DNA of 64,000 bases from Gonapodya sp. JEL0774 (GCA_027604505.1 JADIIX010000018.1:124001-188000); one strand, 5' to 3'. Numbered from the stretch's first letter, positions 41,737 through 55,977 are shown. The notes: generated from the letters alone by a model not told the origin. Numbers and translations: made by a program.

Positions 41737-44700
41737 ATGTCGATCGCAGCCGTCGTTCACAAGTGAGTTGAATTCAGGGCGACACCGAGATCGCGATATC
41801 AGTAGTGCTGGAGAGGAGACGCAGTGTGGGGACCGTGTCATTTGCAGCGTGGTGCGGACCCGTGTCTGCTGTGTAATTGGTGAAAATGTCTCCCACGGAC
41901 TCTGTACTCTGTCTCCCACTCCGCTCCTGTACCTTTACCTGTCCCTCTTGCTTCCCTAAATCTCCTCGCTCCTCGATTCCCACGCCTCCTCCCTCCTATT
42001 CAGGGCCGTGTTCGGTCTCTCCACGGCACCCACATCCCACCTCCACTTCCTACCCGACGACTCCTCCATCCTCTACCCCGCCGGCTCAAATATCATCCTG
42101 CACTCCCAAGAATCGAAACTCCAGCGATTCGTCGCTCTTTCCGGTGATGGCGTCTCCGCAATGGCTGCGTCCCCAAACAAGCGGTATTTGGCTGTGGCCG
42201 AACGCGCACGCGGAACCTCAAAACCCTCCATTTCTATCTACGAGGTGCTCACCATGCGCAAACGTAAAGTCCTTGTCGTCGGTGGTCCAGGCGCCCAGGA
42301 CGGACCACCGGTCTCAGGCTCCGCCACCGGCCCTGCCTCTGGTCCCTCTGTTCAATCCGGGTCTGGGTTAGGTGGATCCTCTGGTGCTGCAGGCTCCGGC
42401 TCTAGTGCAGCTGGTGGAGCCTACGGGTCATCATCCGCTCACGGTGCCAACGCTGGATCTGGGACCGCCGGCGGCCCTGCACCTCCATCCTCCTCCCGCC
42501 TTCCCGGAATTTCACCCTCCACCACCTTCTCTTCCCACCCTTCCCCATCCGACCCGCCAGACTCTAGGGACTTTGTCAGCCTGTGCTTCTCCCCAGACTC
42601 CAAATACCTCATCGCCCAAGCCTCCGCGCCGGATTGGACACTGTACTACTGGGCATGGGAAAAATCCAAAGTCCTCGCCGCCGTGCGCACCGTGGGCGTA
42701 ACGGGAACAGGCACCGGCGCAGCAGCGGGTAGTACGGGCACCTCGGGCCAGTCGCAGTCGCAGTCCCAGTTCCAATCCCAAGCCCAGTCCTCCACCAGCC
42801 ACGTCTCGCAACCACACAGCAACCCCAGCCAGTCCCTCCACTCCCGAGACGCGGGCTCCAACAGTAACAATCCCCCGCCTTCTTCCACCTCCCTCTCCAC
42901 CTCCACGTCCCGCCACACGCCGTCCGTTCCTCCGGTCCACCGAGTCTCCTTCAACCCGCTCGATCCATCCGTCGTAGTCGTGACGGGAAGTGCAGGGCTG
43001 AGGATGTTTCGGTACCAGGAGGGACAGTTGAGGGCGTTGGGGGTCGTAAGGGGTGAAGCACGGGTGGGTCCCCGTGTTGTCTCTTTTGCGTCCGTTATGC
43101 AGCTCATTTCCTTTATTCGCTCTGATTCTCTGCCACTCCCACCACACGCACCTCCATAATAATATAACGAATCTCATTCCTCTGTTAGACATATTCGACC
43201 CACACGTGGATCACCCAATCAGCACCCCCTCCCCCCACCGCACCGGGCCACCCCGCCCCGCCCAGTCCCGCCCCCCGCGCCTACCTCCTCCTCTCCACCG
43301 ACGATCCCCGTCTGCTCATCTTCGACGCCGCCGACCTCGACCGCGAGTTCCGCGGCGAGATCATCCTCCCCCTCCACCCTACCTCGGCCGCTCCTCTTCC
43401 CGTGCACAGCTTGGCGACCACGGCGCGGGGGTTCGTGGCCGGCTGTGGGAACGGGACCGTCGTGGTGTACGAGAGGGTCAACGACGAGGCCAGGGGGGAC
43501 GGGGTGGCCACGCTGGCGCACCAGGGGACGCCTGCTGGGAAAGTGCCGGTGTTTCGGAGGGGGAGAGAGATGAAGGTCGGCGAGGCAGGGGGCCTGAGCG
43601 GTGTCGGGGGCTTCGGGGGGATGATTGGTGTGGGCGGTAGCGGTCACGCTGGGCACGGCAAGGCCAAGGATTTCGCAAGGGTTGTGGAAGTGGCGGTCAG
43701 TGCGGCAGAAGATATGGTGGTGGTGACGACGGAGGGTAATCAGATGTATGTGGGGGGTTTGGGTGGTGGGGAAGGCAAGGTACGTTGATGGTTTCGGTGA
43801 AACGGCGCCAGGGGGTTGTGTGCGAAGCGGTTTTGCTGACTTTGCCGCCTCATCGATTGCGGCCACTCCGGGCACCCGTTACGTTCACACACCACACTCC
43901 TGGTTCCCATCTTACAACGGCTTATCCCAGCTGGACGATACCCACCTCACACCCTTTTCCCACGCTTTCCACTCCCACCCAATTACCGGCCTGGACTGCT
44001 GTGTCCGCAAGCCTCTCCTCGTGACCTGCTCCACCGACCGCTCTGTCCGCGTGTGGAACTACGTCGAGGGCACTTGCGAGGTGGCCAAAACGTTCGCCGA
44101 GGAGGCGTTCAGCGTCGCGGTGCATCCCAGCGGGCTCTATGTGTTGGTGGGATTTTCGGACAAGTTGAGACTGATGAATGTCTTGGTGGATGATGTGAGG
44201 ATGGTGAGGGAGTTTACCATCAGGGGTTGTAGGGAGGTGAGTAGTACGTGGAGGAGCAGGTATTTGGTCGGAACAAATCTGACTTCTGCGGCTTGTTTCC
44301 ACCATCGAATGCGGCTCGATCGACTTACCCACTCGCTAGTGCCGTTTCTCCACCGGTGGTCAATTCTTCGCCTGCGTCCACGGTAACGCCGTGCAAATAT
44401 ACTCCACGTGGACCTTCGACCTCCTCGCCACCCTCAAAGGCCACTCGGGGAAAGTTCGCTCCCTTCACTGGTCCGCGGACGATTCCAGGCTCGTCAGTGC
44501 GGGTATCGATGGGGCGGTGTACGAGTGGTCTCTGCGGGATATGGCTACCCCGGGTGTACCCGCGAGTGCAAGCGGGGTTGTGGGCTCGACAGTGCCTGGC
44601 GGGGGTTCCGTCGCGGCAGCGCTGGTCGCCGGTGGAGTGGCGGCAGTGGCGGCAGCGGCTGCTGCAGCATCGGGGTCGGGTTCAAGAGGCCCCAAACGTG

Positions 44701-47254
44701 AGAGCGAGAGCATTGTTAAGTCGTGTAGCTACACGTGCGCCGTAGGGCACCCAGATGGGCGCTCCGTGTTTGCGGTGGGGTCGGATAGGGTCCTCCGTGA
44801 AGTTGTAGAATCCTCTATTGTGAGGGAAATTGAGTGCGACGTGGTGTACACCCAGGTAGCGCTCTCTCACAACGGCAAGATGATGTTTGCTGGTACAGCC
44901 ACTGGGTGTGTCAGGGCCATCAAGTTCCCCATGGCGGCCGCGGACACGAAGAGCGTGGAGTATGCAGAGCACATGGCACATGCGGGACCCGTGAGCAGGA
45001 TGCGGATCAGCCACGACGATCAATACTTGTTCACCGCGGGTGAGGACGGTTGTGTGTATGTTTACAAGATCAGTGATAAGGATGGGAGAGGAAAGAGAGA
45101 GAGGGAGCCCGCATATGCGGATGAAGTGAGTAAGAACACGAACGCGTTGGTTGTGCTTTCCGGCAAAACAATGGTTACCTTCACCTGCCACAATCGTAAC
45201 AGATCCTCGTTACTAAAAGCGATCTGGAAGAAAAAACACAGATGATGACGGAGCTGAAGTCCCGTGTGGAAGAACTCAAGATGGAGAACGAATACCAGCT
45301 GCGCCTCAAGGACCTCAATTTCAACGAGAAGATCAAGGAGCTCACAGACAAGTACACACAGGAAATCGAGGCCCTCAAAATTACGTCTGCGGTGCTTCGC
45401 TCGGAAAAAGACAAGGAAGAAATTCGGCACAACGAGGATATGCACGACGAGCAGCAGCGGCGCGACAAGGAACTGGTGGATATGGAGACGGAACACAACG
45501 GAAAGCTTATGGCGGAGTATGAAAAGCATCAAGAGCTGGAGCGAAGGTCCGCGGAGCTCCAGTTGCAGTGGGAGAAGCAGCTCAAGGAGGCTGCCGAGGT
45601 TCGGGAGGCGAAGCTGCGAGAGCTGACGACGCACTTTGAGCTCAAGCTCAAGGACAAGGAGGCAGAAATTCGACAGGTAGAGTTCGTTTTGTTTCGTCAT
45701 GATGTCTTTTTGGATTGTTGGCGATGCTAAAATCACTTTGTCAGCTTGAGGACCGAATGCGCCTTCAGACCAGGGAGTTCCAAGAGGCTTCGAGAGGAAC
45801 CGAAGAAGACGCCGACCGAGAAGTGCTGGAGATCAAGCACAAGTACGAACGTCGACTAAAAGACGAGCGGGACGTTGGGATGCGTCTCAAGAGCGAGAAC
45901 GGCATCATGAAGAAGAAATTTTCCACTCTGCAGGGGGAGATTGACCAGAATAAACAAGAAATCGCAAAGATGTATGCGGAGGAAAAGAAGTTGCATGGTG
46001 TGATAAAGAGTCTGGAGAAGGATATTGCTGGGTTGAAGAAGGAGGTGCGTTGCTGCAAGGGGGAGGGGGGACTTTTAGATAGTGCGAGTCGGATTTGACT
46101 CGTGATTGACCTTTGAATCAACCAACTCAGATCCAAGAGCGTGATGAGACCATTCAAGACAAGGAAAAGCGCATCTACGATCTCAAGAAGAAGAACCAGG
46201 AGCTCGAGAAGTTCAAGTTTGTGCTTGACTACAAGATCAAGGAGCTCAAGAGGCAAATCGAGCCGCGAGAACATGATATTGATGGAATGACGGAGCAGAT
46301 CAAGGTGGGTGAAGGGGTTCACTCTGATGATTCTATTCGGGAGCGAAGAAAGTAACACAGGCCGTCTGCACTGTCCCCCCCCCCCCCCCCCCGCAACCTG
46401 AAAGAACATGGACGTGGAACTCGAGCAATACTTCAAATCCAACTCAGATTTGGAGATGGCGATCTCGGACATGAAACTCAAATTGAAAGCTGCCGAGAAA
46501 GAAACGGAAGCCGAGCATGGGCGGGTGCTCCGGTTGGCATCCACAATGAAACGGTTCAAGGTGGATCTGTACGAGTGTACGCAGTTTGTGCAGGAGCCCA
46601 AGGCGCTCAAGGTGGGTGGCTCCGATTTGTGTACACAATTAATTCGGATACACATGGTTTCCAATTCATCGCACATCAGCATCAAATCAAGCGCCTCTAT
46701 CACAAGTACTGTCAACAAACCACTGACGAGGCTCTCACGGGTGATGGTCCCGTAGAGGTGGAAGTGGACGTCCAGCAGGAGTACGCCCGGCAGCGGGATC
46801 ACCTCGAACGGACGGTTGCCGCGCTGCGCAAAAAGGTCGCAAAAGATCAAGCAACTCATAGGACAGATAACGTTAGAGTCATGGAAGAGAACGTTGCGTT
46901 GATCAAGTGAGAAATTTGCGTTTCGTGGTGGCGACATGGCGAATACGATAGCAGGTTCTGAGTAATTGCTGTTCTCACTGATAAAGGGAGATAAATCAGC
47001 TGCGAAGGGATCTTAAGGTGATTCGCGGTCAAGAACGAGCGGCAGAAGTTCATTTGCGACAGGCGGGACGACAGCTTGTAACCAAAAGTGAGTTAGAATT
47101 CGAAAAGGAAGAGGTTTCCACCACACAAGTGATTCATATCTCCATCGCGTACTCTCATTCAGCTGAATTGCGATTACCACCCATTGATCGCTCGTCGTCT
47201 CCGCAAGCGAGACCGAATACGGTGGCAGGGACGCCCATTCCCTCCACGACTTGA
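41737..47254 (+). CDS. CFAP57: Cilia- and flagella-associated protein 57 (WD40 + coiled coil)
   Basis: [115 protein letters not shown]. Confidence 0.95.
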
Positions 47255-48120
47255 AGTGGGGGTACATCGTGTTCACCGAAAGCTCGCGAACAAATTGGAC
47301 TTGAATTTTACCTTTTGATTTATAATTATTATCATTATCATTCATTTCATTCCGAATCAAATAAAATAATGGCACAATTGATGGAGCGTGCACGCTGCTC
47401 TCACTTCCCGACCTCTTCTTTTTTTCGCCAAGTAACCACGCAGCAAACCCGGCTATACTGGCTTGCTCTTCTCTGCTGCATTGATTTTAATTTTTGGAAC
47501 CGGCTGAAAGGACGAGGAGGAAAAAAACTCCGCTCGCTGGTATCTCCACCGGCCTCCGTCCACTTTACAAATTCAATTCAAAAGCAAGGATGTGTCGCTT
47601 CAGATGAACTATTAATGGATAGCCCTGCCTTTTAATCTTGTACAATTCAATGACTTTTACCAGGGCAGGACGAGTACGGGTGTGGCACAGTCAAGACCAA
47701 GCCACTTGCCCCACTGGGTGGACAGAAGCGCACTCCAAGCGAGAGCACTCATAGTCGAAGCAAGGTGAGAGCTTGAAGCCAAAGGCGCCGGAACGTCGAG
47801 GGCACGCGAGCGACTTAAAACCGCGATAACGGCGTTCATGAGAGACTCTACGAGCTCGATCCGCCTTCCGTCGGCCACATCGGAACGGGGCGGCCTCTTC
47901 ATGCTCTTCGCCGCTCGAGCCATGGCAGATTGCCCGATTTCCTCAAGTCGGCGAGCACGGGAGCCTTTCCACGACATGTATTACAATCCTGCATTCATTT
48001 AGCGCCATTTTCGAGCCTCTCGTCGCGTTGTGTCTGTCTTTCTTTTGCTCAAATTTGCTCACCAAATCCACAACCCAATCAGCACACCCCCAACAACACC
48101 CAAGTTTTTATCGATTCACA

Positions 48121-48886
48121 ATGCCCAAAGCAGCGAAAGCCAAGACCGGCGCAAAGGAGGGTGGCAGGAAAAAGAAGGACCCCAATGCGCCCAAAAAGGC
48201 CCTGACAGGTGCGTTTTTCGCCAGAAATCGCCGCTTAGCCAGAGCGGCAACGGGGATGTCTGAGTTATATGAGAGACCTCACATACGTCGGAGACCCCTT
48301 GGAAAATTTCTTCCCGACGTTTGATGATATTGCGGACTCAGCTTTGTCTCTTTTTCGATTTCATATTGTCATGACAATATGTAACTCTCTCGCCCTTCCC
48401 GAACCACCCCCCAAACCAAAATCAGCCTACATGCTTTTCGCTCAGGAGAAGCGTCCTGAAATTAAGGCCGCCAACCCTGATGCCGGCTTTGGTAAGTGGC
48501 AGGCCAAGCTTTTCGCGTTTGACTCGGGGAACTGCGGGCTGACTTTGATCCATCCTTCCCATAAATTCCTCATATTATATTTGCTACACATATCCCCACT
48601 CACTCTTCCTGTCACGCCCACGTTTTCTCAATCAAAAATCAAACCGCGTCAGGTGACATGGGAAAACTTGTCGGTGCCGCATGGAAAAATCTTTCCGACG
48701 CCGAGAAAAAGAAGTACCAGGACAAGGCGGATGTCGACAAACTTCGCTATGAGCGGGAGTCTGGTGCCGCCAAGAAGAAGGTTTGTTTGCATTTATTTGG
48801 GAGCCTTGGCGGATTCTCACCCTCCCGCTCATTCCTTCTTTTCACACCAGGACGAAGACAAGGGCGAAGACGAGGAAGAGGAGTAA
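48121..48886 (+). CDS. NHP6: HMG-box non-histone chromosomal protein Nhp6
   Basis: KKKDPNAPKKALT|AYMLFAQEKRPEIKAANPDAGFG|DMGKLVGAAWKNLSDAEKKKYQDKADVDKLRYERE. Confidence 0.93.
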
Positions 48887-49119
48887 AAGACTTCACTCGT
48901 CGCCGTGAAACGGCGCAAATTGGACCTCATTTGCTTTCCGAAGGGGCGTTTCAAAGATTTGCTTTTCCTTGCCTGTTGAGGTCCCAAGACCTTCTCTACA
49001 GTACATAGTTGCATTGTTACTTGTTTCAATCTAAGTCTTTCACGTTTGATTTTTCAAAACTCTGGTCTGAAAGCTTCGACCAACAAATTATCAGCGTTCA
49101 CACCCGCCAAACAAAGCAT

Positions 49120-52100
49120 TCATCTCCAAACCGTTCGCACTTTCCATGGAAGTCCGTCACCAGATTTGTTCAAACCCGCACCTCCTGTGTTGAGCCATCG
49201 ACAGACCGCATCACAGAGTTCTTCGAGGCGCTTAGGGCCGACGCGGAACTTCGTGCACAGATCATCTGCGTGGTGGGTGCCGTCCAAAAGTCTGTGGACG
49301 CTCCGTCAGACGAGACGCGATTTACGGACATCAGAATCTGGTTAACGGTTCTCTGGACACAAACCACAAGCTTACCCTGTCAACCTCTCCAGAACACTCT
49401 CGTCGGCACCCTCGTTCGGTGCTTCCTTCTCCCTTCCGAGCCCCGCCGTCAAGAGAGAGACTGCACCAGGCGGTCCTGGTGCTCTCATTGTCGCCGGAGT
49501 GGGCGATACCGCAGTGGCGGGAGTCGACTGTTGCTCTCCCTGGGAGGTCTGGACGAGCACGGGGTACCGGTGGACGCGGCGGATGAGGCCATTGAGCACT
49601 CCAAAAAGGACGAAGCGCCTTTGAGATGAAGGTCAAGCACAATGAACGTTACCGAGGCACGGGCCAACAAAATGAAAACTGCTGGACGTGAGGCTCTCAA
49701 CGAACCTTGTATCCAACTTGTACCGTTGACCGACACCAGCCCTCTTCGCCCACTCTTTAATCGTGAGTCCGTGTCTCATTCCAGCGTACATCCCAAATAG
49801 CACTCCAGCAGTCAATCCTGTCAATCTCCTGTCTCTCTCATCGGCTCCGGCTCCACTGTCAAAACTGCGCCCGTCATCGGAATTTGACAGATCTGTTGTC
49901 TCCGCAGAAAACTGAGCACACCGGGTAGCAAGACCGGCTTGAGAATCTAAGAGCAGGCGGATACGGTGTGTAGGAGTGTAGACGTTGGAATACTGGAAGA
50001 TGTCCACCAAGACCACGATACCATAGTAGCTGAGACGATGCGATTGCAGTTCAAATAAATGCCCTTCGCCGTTAAGAAAATCAAAACTGCGTCGACTTAC
50101 ACAAAATGCTGAACCGCCATACCGCATAAATTGATGTCGATGTCCCCCTCGTCCGCAATCCTCCGAATGCTTCTCACACCGTCAATGTATGGAGTCACCT
50201 TGAAACACAGTGCTCTTTCCAAAACATCTGTACATCCGTGGCGGCTGTAAAACACTCGTACCTTGAGCAACGTCAGGTCCCATGTGGCGTCCGCAGCCTC
50301 CCACGCCCCTGGCATTACTATCACTGGCACTAACCAATCATCAATAGGTGGCGGGTCAGGATAGAGAGGGAAGAGTTTCAAAGAGATGGTAGTTATCGGG
50401 TCTGGTAGGTTCGGGCAGTTCGAGCCCCACGACTTATCAGGCAAGCACTGTAGTGTGAGTGAGAAGATCTTGCGACTCACCCAATGTGACTTGGCATTCG
50501 TGATACGCATTGAGATCTTCCATGATCTGTTCGAGAATCTGTGGGAGGCGTTGCTTCGAAGCCGGGTTCGAAAGGAACTGCGACTCCAACTGATAATCGA
50601 AACGGACGAAAACGGTGGTCAGATGGTGAAAACACGTGATCAGGTGGGACGAAAATAGAAACACCTCTTGCAACCACCCACTTCCAGAGACCGGAGTACT
50701 CGCCCAATCTTTCGCACCACTTGCTCATAGCACACCACTCCTTCACCAGGTCCCTCAAACACAAACCCAAGGTTCCAAAGAAACTTGTTGCGAGGATACC
50801 GTGGATCCTCCACAACACATGGCCACGAAGCTACCGTCACGGTCGACGACAGTCTCAGCACGTACAAGCGGTGCGCAAGCTCTGGCTTGGGGATGAGTAT
50901 GTCGCTGAGGAGGTCAAAGTCAAGATGTGTGCCCTGGTTGTGGGTCATGCTTGCACTTGGCCCACCACCACCCGCCGGCGAATTGGCACGGGAGGATGGA
51001 CCAGAAGGTAATCGCCAAACTCCCGATGTGGAACTGGATGTTGATCCAGCCGCGTGGGCACGCGAGAGAGGATGCGGTTGAGTGAACGAGGTTGAGGGAG
51101 ATCCGAAGTAACTCGACACCGGACTACCCAAAACACCGGCAATGGCCGACGTCGACGCTGAGAGAGGCGAGCGAGCCGGAAGAGGTGAAAGTGAGGGAGA
51201 AACGGGTGACGAGCTGGCCCTGGTGTGTCCAGCTTGCCCACTTTTCGGGGAAAGCAGGGTCACGGTCCTGAGCGGTCTTGGAGAAGCCGTCTGAACCAAG
51301 CTGTTGCCTTCAGACCAGGATACCGTCCGCAACGCTGACACAGCGGTCGATGCAGACGTCAAGTCCCGTTCGATTGGTGAGAGTGCGAGAAAAGAGAGCG
51401 GGGAGTTGGACCCCGACGTCCGACGAGGAACGGACGGTCCAGGTGTTTGAGTTGACCCGGATGCGGCTCCTGCGGCTGCGAGAAGTGAGGCAGAGGATAG
51501 CTTTGACACCGGCGCCTGCGAGGTTAACGGCCTGAGCAGCGACGGTGGTGCTTGCCCGGCCGGTGGGGAGGCCAATGAGCCCGGGAGGAGCGACGTTCTC
51601 GACCGCGGCGACCCGGGGGTGGTGACACCCTCTGGTGGAATCCCGCCACTTCCCACTGACATGCGCCGTGGGCTTAATATGCTGGGAAGGGATCCTGTCG
51701 ATCGACGAGCCGTGGATGCTTGCAGGAAGGTTGGTCGAACGCCACCTGAGAAGGTGGAGCGGCGAGACGCCATGGTTTTGGTGGAAGGCCGAGCTGGGGA
51801 GGCTGAGGCAGAAGCTGAGGCGAGGGCAATACTGTCGTCGATAGGAATAGGGGTGTCTGGGACGGGGGTGAGAAGGGGTGAAGTTGGGTCCGCTGAAATG
51901 GATGACGGTGGGAACGAGGGTGACGGTGAGGTAGAGGCAGGAAAATCAGCTGAGGAATTTTGTGGGACGGGAGTATCACAGACAGTTGATATCGTGGACA
52001 ATTGTGTTTGTGGGTTGATTACGAGCGGCCCCGTCTCGGCGGCCACAGAATCCATATCGTTTTGTTGGAGGAGCGAGTCGGTGGGGATACTGGTGCTGTC

Positions 52101-53741
52101 GGGGTGACCTCCAGATTCAGTGAACTGTTGACGCTCGCTTTTGTGCACTTGCACGACAGAATTTGTGCGTGGTTCAGTTTCTTCAGACGATGGACCAGAC
52201 TGTGACGATGCGAGTTGCAGTGACAGGGTGTTACCACGGGCTGCAGAGTCCCCATCAGCGTCACGACCACCGCTGCCGGGCTGGACTCCTGCTTCCACTC
52301 CCAGTTCCGGTCCCCCCTCTCGTCCTACATCCACACCTGGTGCCTCCGCCGCTGAAACCTGTGTCACGGTTATCGGTTGTTCCAACGGCCCTGGCAGGGC
52401 AAACACCGCATCGGTGTGATCAGCGTCAGCGACACCAGCACCGTTACCGCCACCTCCATTTCCATCTCCACTGCCCTCCACATCGGCCGTGGGTGTTGCC
52501 GGTGCCGGAAGAAGAGGAGATGGGTGAGCGGGTGTCGGGGGACTGAGTACGACCCGAGCAGCCGATACTGTCGATGACGTTGCTGCTGCTGGGACGGCTC
52601 CAGCGGAAATGGAATCTGCGAGAGGGGAGAGAGAGTCAAGTGAGCGTTCCATGTGCTCAGAGACAGAGACGGAGCCGGAGAGGGAAGGCGCCGAGTCGAA
52701 TTCGGAGTCGTCGTAGTCGTCAAGGAACTGGGTGTCGGGTAGGTCTGTGTTGCCCGAGCCGGTAACGGCATTGGCACCAGCACCAGTACCCATCCCACTC
52801 CCCGCACCGCGGCGGCGGGAACCAGTGGACACTGAGGTTGCGGTGCCGGAAGGAGGTTGCCGGCCGCGCCGGCGAGTGGTTGTAGTGAGAAGGGACTTGT
52901 CTGTGGAGAGTTGGAAGATGCGCTCACGGTCTTCGCTTTCGATGGTTGAGATGGAGTGAGTCCTGGAGTGGCGGTGGAGGGGAGCAAGGAGCTGATGGGG
53001 TTGGCTCAGAGGTGGTTGAGTGATGTCGGTGACGGCGGATGGGCGGAGAGAGACCTCGATGGTTGTGGCGGTTGTGAAGGCGGTCGGGCTGAGTGTGGTG
53101 GTGTGGATGGTTTCTGAGGAGGGCTGTTGGGCCGGCGTCGCCGGGGTAGAATCTAGTGTGGTGGTGGTAGTATTTGCGGTGTGGGGGCTCGCGGTGTCGG
53201 ATGACACGAGACTCTGGGAGGGCGGAGTGCCTGTACGGGCAGCGGGGCCAGGCGCGGCGATGAAAGAGAGTTGCTCTGAGGGAGATCCATGTGAAGATGG
53301 GGTTCCCGACACCGACGAGACCATGGAAGAGTCGGACCGAGCACGAATGACACCCAGTCCCTGGGAGATAGAGGTACTGGGTCTGCGGCTCCCCGGTGGT
53401 GGTGCCTGGGTGGCAGCAGGGCTATTGCTGGTGTTTGGAGGCAGAGTACCAGTAGCACTACCTCCAGATCCAGTTCCCGGCGACAGGGTATTATGAGAAA
53501 GCTGCTGCCCGAGACCCCACACGGAAGCCGATGCGGACACGGTTGCCGAGCCTGACGCGGAGGACGTTGCAGGGACGCCCGTGATGCCCGAAATGGCCGT
53601 GCTGGAACCACCAGAAGCGAAAAATCCCTCCGGTGTCTGGAAAACGATGCGGGATCCTTCGGTGGGATGAAACTCGCAGTAGACTAGACACATAATCCTT
53701 GCGAACTTGACTCCATCGCGTTGTGGACCCGCGAACGCCAT
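49120..53741 (-). CDS. NPR2: GATOR1/SEACIT subunit Npr2 (NPRL2) with giant low-complexity insertion
   Basis: YCEFHPTEGSRIVFQTPE, LIPKPEL, RYPRNKFLWNLGFVF, VVRKIGRVLRSLE, ISLKLFP, WDLTLLK|VTPYIDGV, DIFQYSNVY, LLDGTHHADDLC. Confidence 0.92.
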
Positions 53742-53952
53742 AACGGCTTAAGGAAAGCTCGACTTAGCGATTGCAAGCGTTCAATTTCTTAGCTCTCTTA
53801 AGCGAATCGACGGTGTTAAAGAAGTGACTTGAAAGCTAATGAGCTGCGAGGCTTTGGCCGATCAATGGGGTTTGCACTACTCTAGGACCCCTACCGACTT
53901 TACCACGTCATCGAAGCTGCATTTTCCGCTTGCGTGGGCGGTAAACGTTAGG

Positions 53953-55977
53953 ATGCAAACTTCAGTATTCAAAAGGTTGCTGCGCTCGCCCCGCATCGTC
54001 CGCGATTACTTCATCAAGGTTCGTGGTGTTACGGACACGTCAACGCTCGAATGAAATTTGAATGATGTTAATCTCTGTGCGATTTGTTGCTATTTTGCTA
54101 ACACAGGGCCCTCCTCTTCCTTCGTGGTCTCTTGCTTATACACTCACAATTGCAACGATGAGGGAGGTGCGTTCGCTGCTCCGTTTATGTGGTCTTCGGG
54201 TGAAACGGCGTCAGGAACACCGATTTCCGTGAACGCGGGGTTACCCTTCCAGGCTATTCTGAATTTGTATTGTCTCTTCAGTTTCTTGATGCCTTTTCTG
54301 GTTCTGACATCCGCTTGGGACAAAAACTAGTCGAGCGGGTGCAAGGCCCCCCGTGGTGCGTTACCACATTCATCCCAATCAATCCCCTTGTCCATTCAAT
54401 TTATTCCAAGTGCTTACCCACACTACCACTCTGACCTGCTCAATTCCATATTCTTCATCTCCAATGCACCACGGCGCCTTCCACACACCCGCCAGGCCCC
54501 GACCCATTCGAGCATCCATGGTTTGCATTCCCCCAATCCCAGACCTCGACGAGCACGCACCCGTCCTTAAACAATTCAGGAACCACGCTCCAGACTCGGA
54601 CGTTGATGCGGTCCACCTCACCTGGACTCCTAGATTCGTCAAGATGGGCGAGACAGAGGGCGCCGTCCTCCTTCTCCATGTGAGTCTATTCGATTCTTGG
54701 CCCTCGCTCTCAGAATGAATTCCGCATTCTTCACCTCACTATCCCCTCTCACACTTTCAAAACTACTCCGCCGTGCAGGGCGGCGCCCACATCGCCGGTT
54801 CCACAGAAACCCACCGTTGGTTCGCATGGCGACTTGCCCGAGCCGCGGGCCAGTGCTTTTCCCTCCACTACTCCCTCGCTCCCGCCCGTCCCTTCCCCTC
54901 CGCCCTCCGGGACTCCACCACCGCCTATCTCCGCATGATCGACCCTCCCCTCCCCACCAACGGAAACACCTCCCCAATCACCCCGACACCGCTCCCCCCG
55001 TCCAAAATTGTTCTTGCGGGGGACTCGGCGGGAGGCAATCTTGTGCTAGCTACCTTGCTGACGCTGAGGGAGAGCGGTATACCTTTACCAGCCGGTGCCG
55101 TCTTGTTCAGCCCGTGGTTGGACCTCTCGCACAGTCTTGGAAGTCAGACGGAATGCGTACACGATTACCTGCCAGACGGCCACCGCGACCCGTTCTTGGT
55201 GAATGAGAAAAGACTCACCTGTGAGTGTTCCCTCCCTTCCAAGAAAAAAATCTAGACACGAATGTCTCAACAAAACCAAATGCACATCCACATCGAATCC
55301 TCTCTTGTCACGCCCTCTCCCTCCTGACTGCTTTCACAACCACCCGCACAACGCTTCTACTTGCGCAACTGGATCCCCAGACTACGCCCCCAACTCCCTG
55401 CTCTCCAACCCCTACGTTTCTCCTCTCTTTGCCGATCCCCACGACCTGCCCCCGCTTCTTGTCACCTGCGGGTCCGCCGAGCGTCTCCGCGACGATGCTT
55501 TGCTCTTCGCGTGGCGGGCCAACACCCGAGGGGGAAGGGTGGCGCTGGAATGCTACGAGGATATGGTGCACGTGTTTCAGGTGAGGTCCAAGTCGGGGAA
55601 GTGTTACAGTGTGTCACGTGGCGGGTCGCCTTGGTGCCCCGAATGAGAAAAGGAAACTAAACCGTTCCATTCTTACACCTTCGTCTGTTTCACCCCGCAC
55701 CCGCCAGATGTTCGCACGGGCAGCTTTTCCCCGCCTCTCCTTCCACCGCATGGAAAGTTTCATCCACTCATGTATCCTTGGCACCCCTCCTGGTCCCTCG
55801 TACACCTTCATCAACGCGAATCTGGTTCCCCGACCCATGACGGCCGACGAGGTGGGACGGTGGGCGGTCAGGAGTCTAGAGAACGATCCAAGGAAGGGGA
55901 GGTGGACGGGGAGGGAGTGGGAGGGGGCGGTTGAGGCAGTGGTAAGGGAAGTAAGGGAATGCGTCCGGTCGGGTTGA
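53953..55977 (+). CDS. Alpha/beta hydrolase, HSL/GDXG family esterase
   Basis: GPPLPSWSL, LLLH|GGAH, YSLAP..FPSAL, LAGDSAGGNL, SPWLDL, YVSPL, LRDD, DMVHVFQ; start could be 53839. Confidence 0.9.

Noticed and set aside
45062..46937. Long minus-strand ORFs (224 and 390 aa)
   Set aside because: Antisense shadows of the CFAP57 coiled-coil exons; no recognisable motifs.
54207..54340. Two good hairpins initially read as a structured intron
   Set aside because: 54282-54354 translates as an in-frame exon (FLDAFSGSDIRLGQKLVERVQGPP). This also shows that 9-11 bp stems can arise by chance here, so the intron-hairpin findings need statistics.
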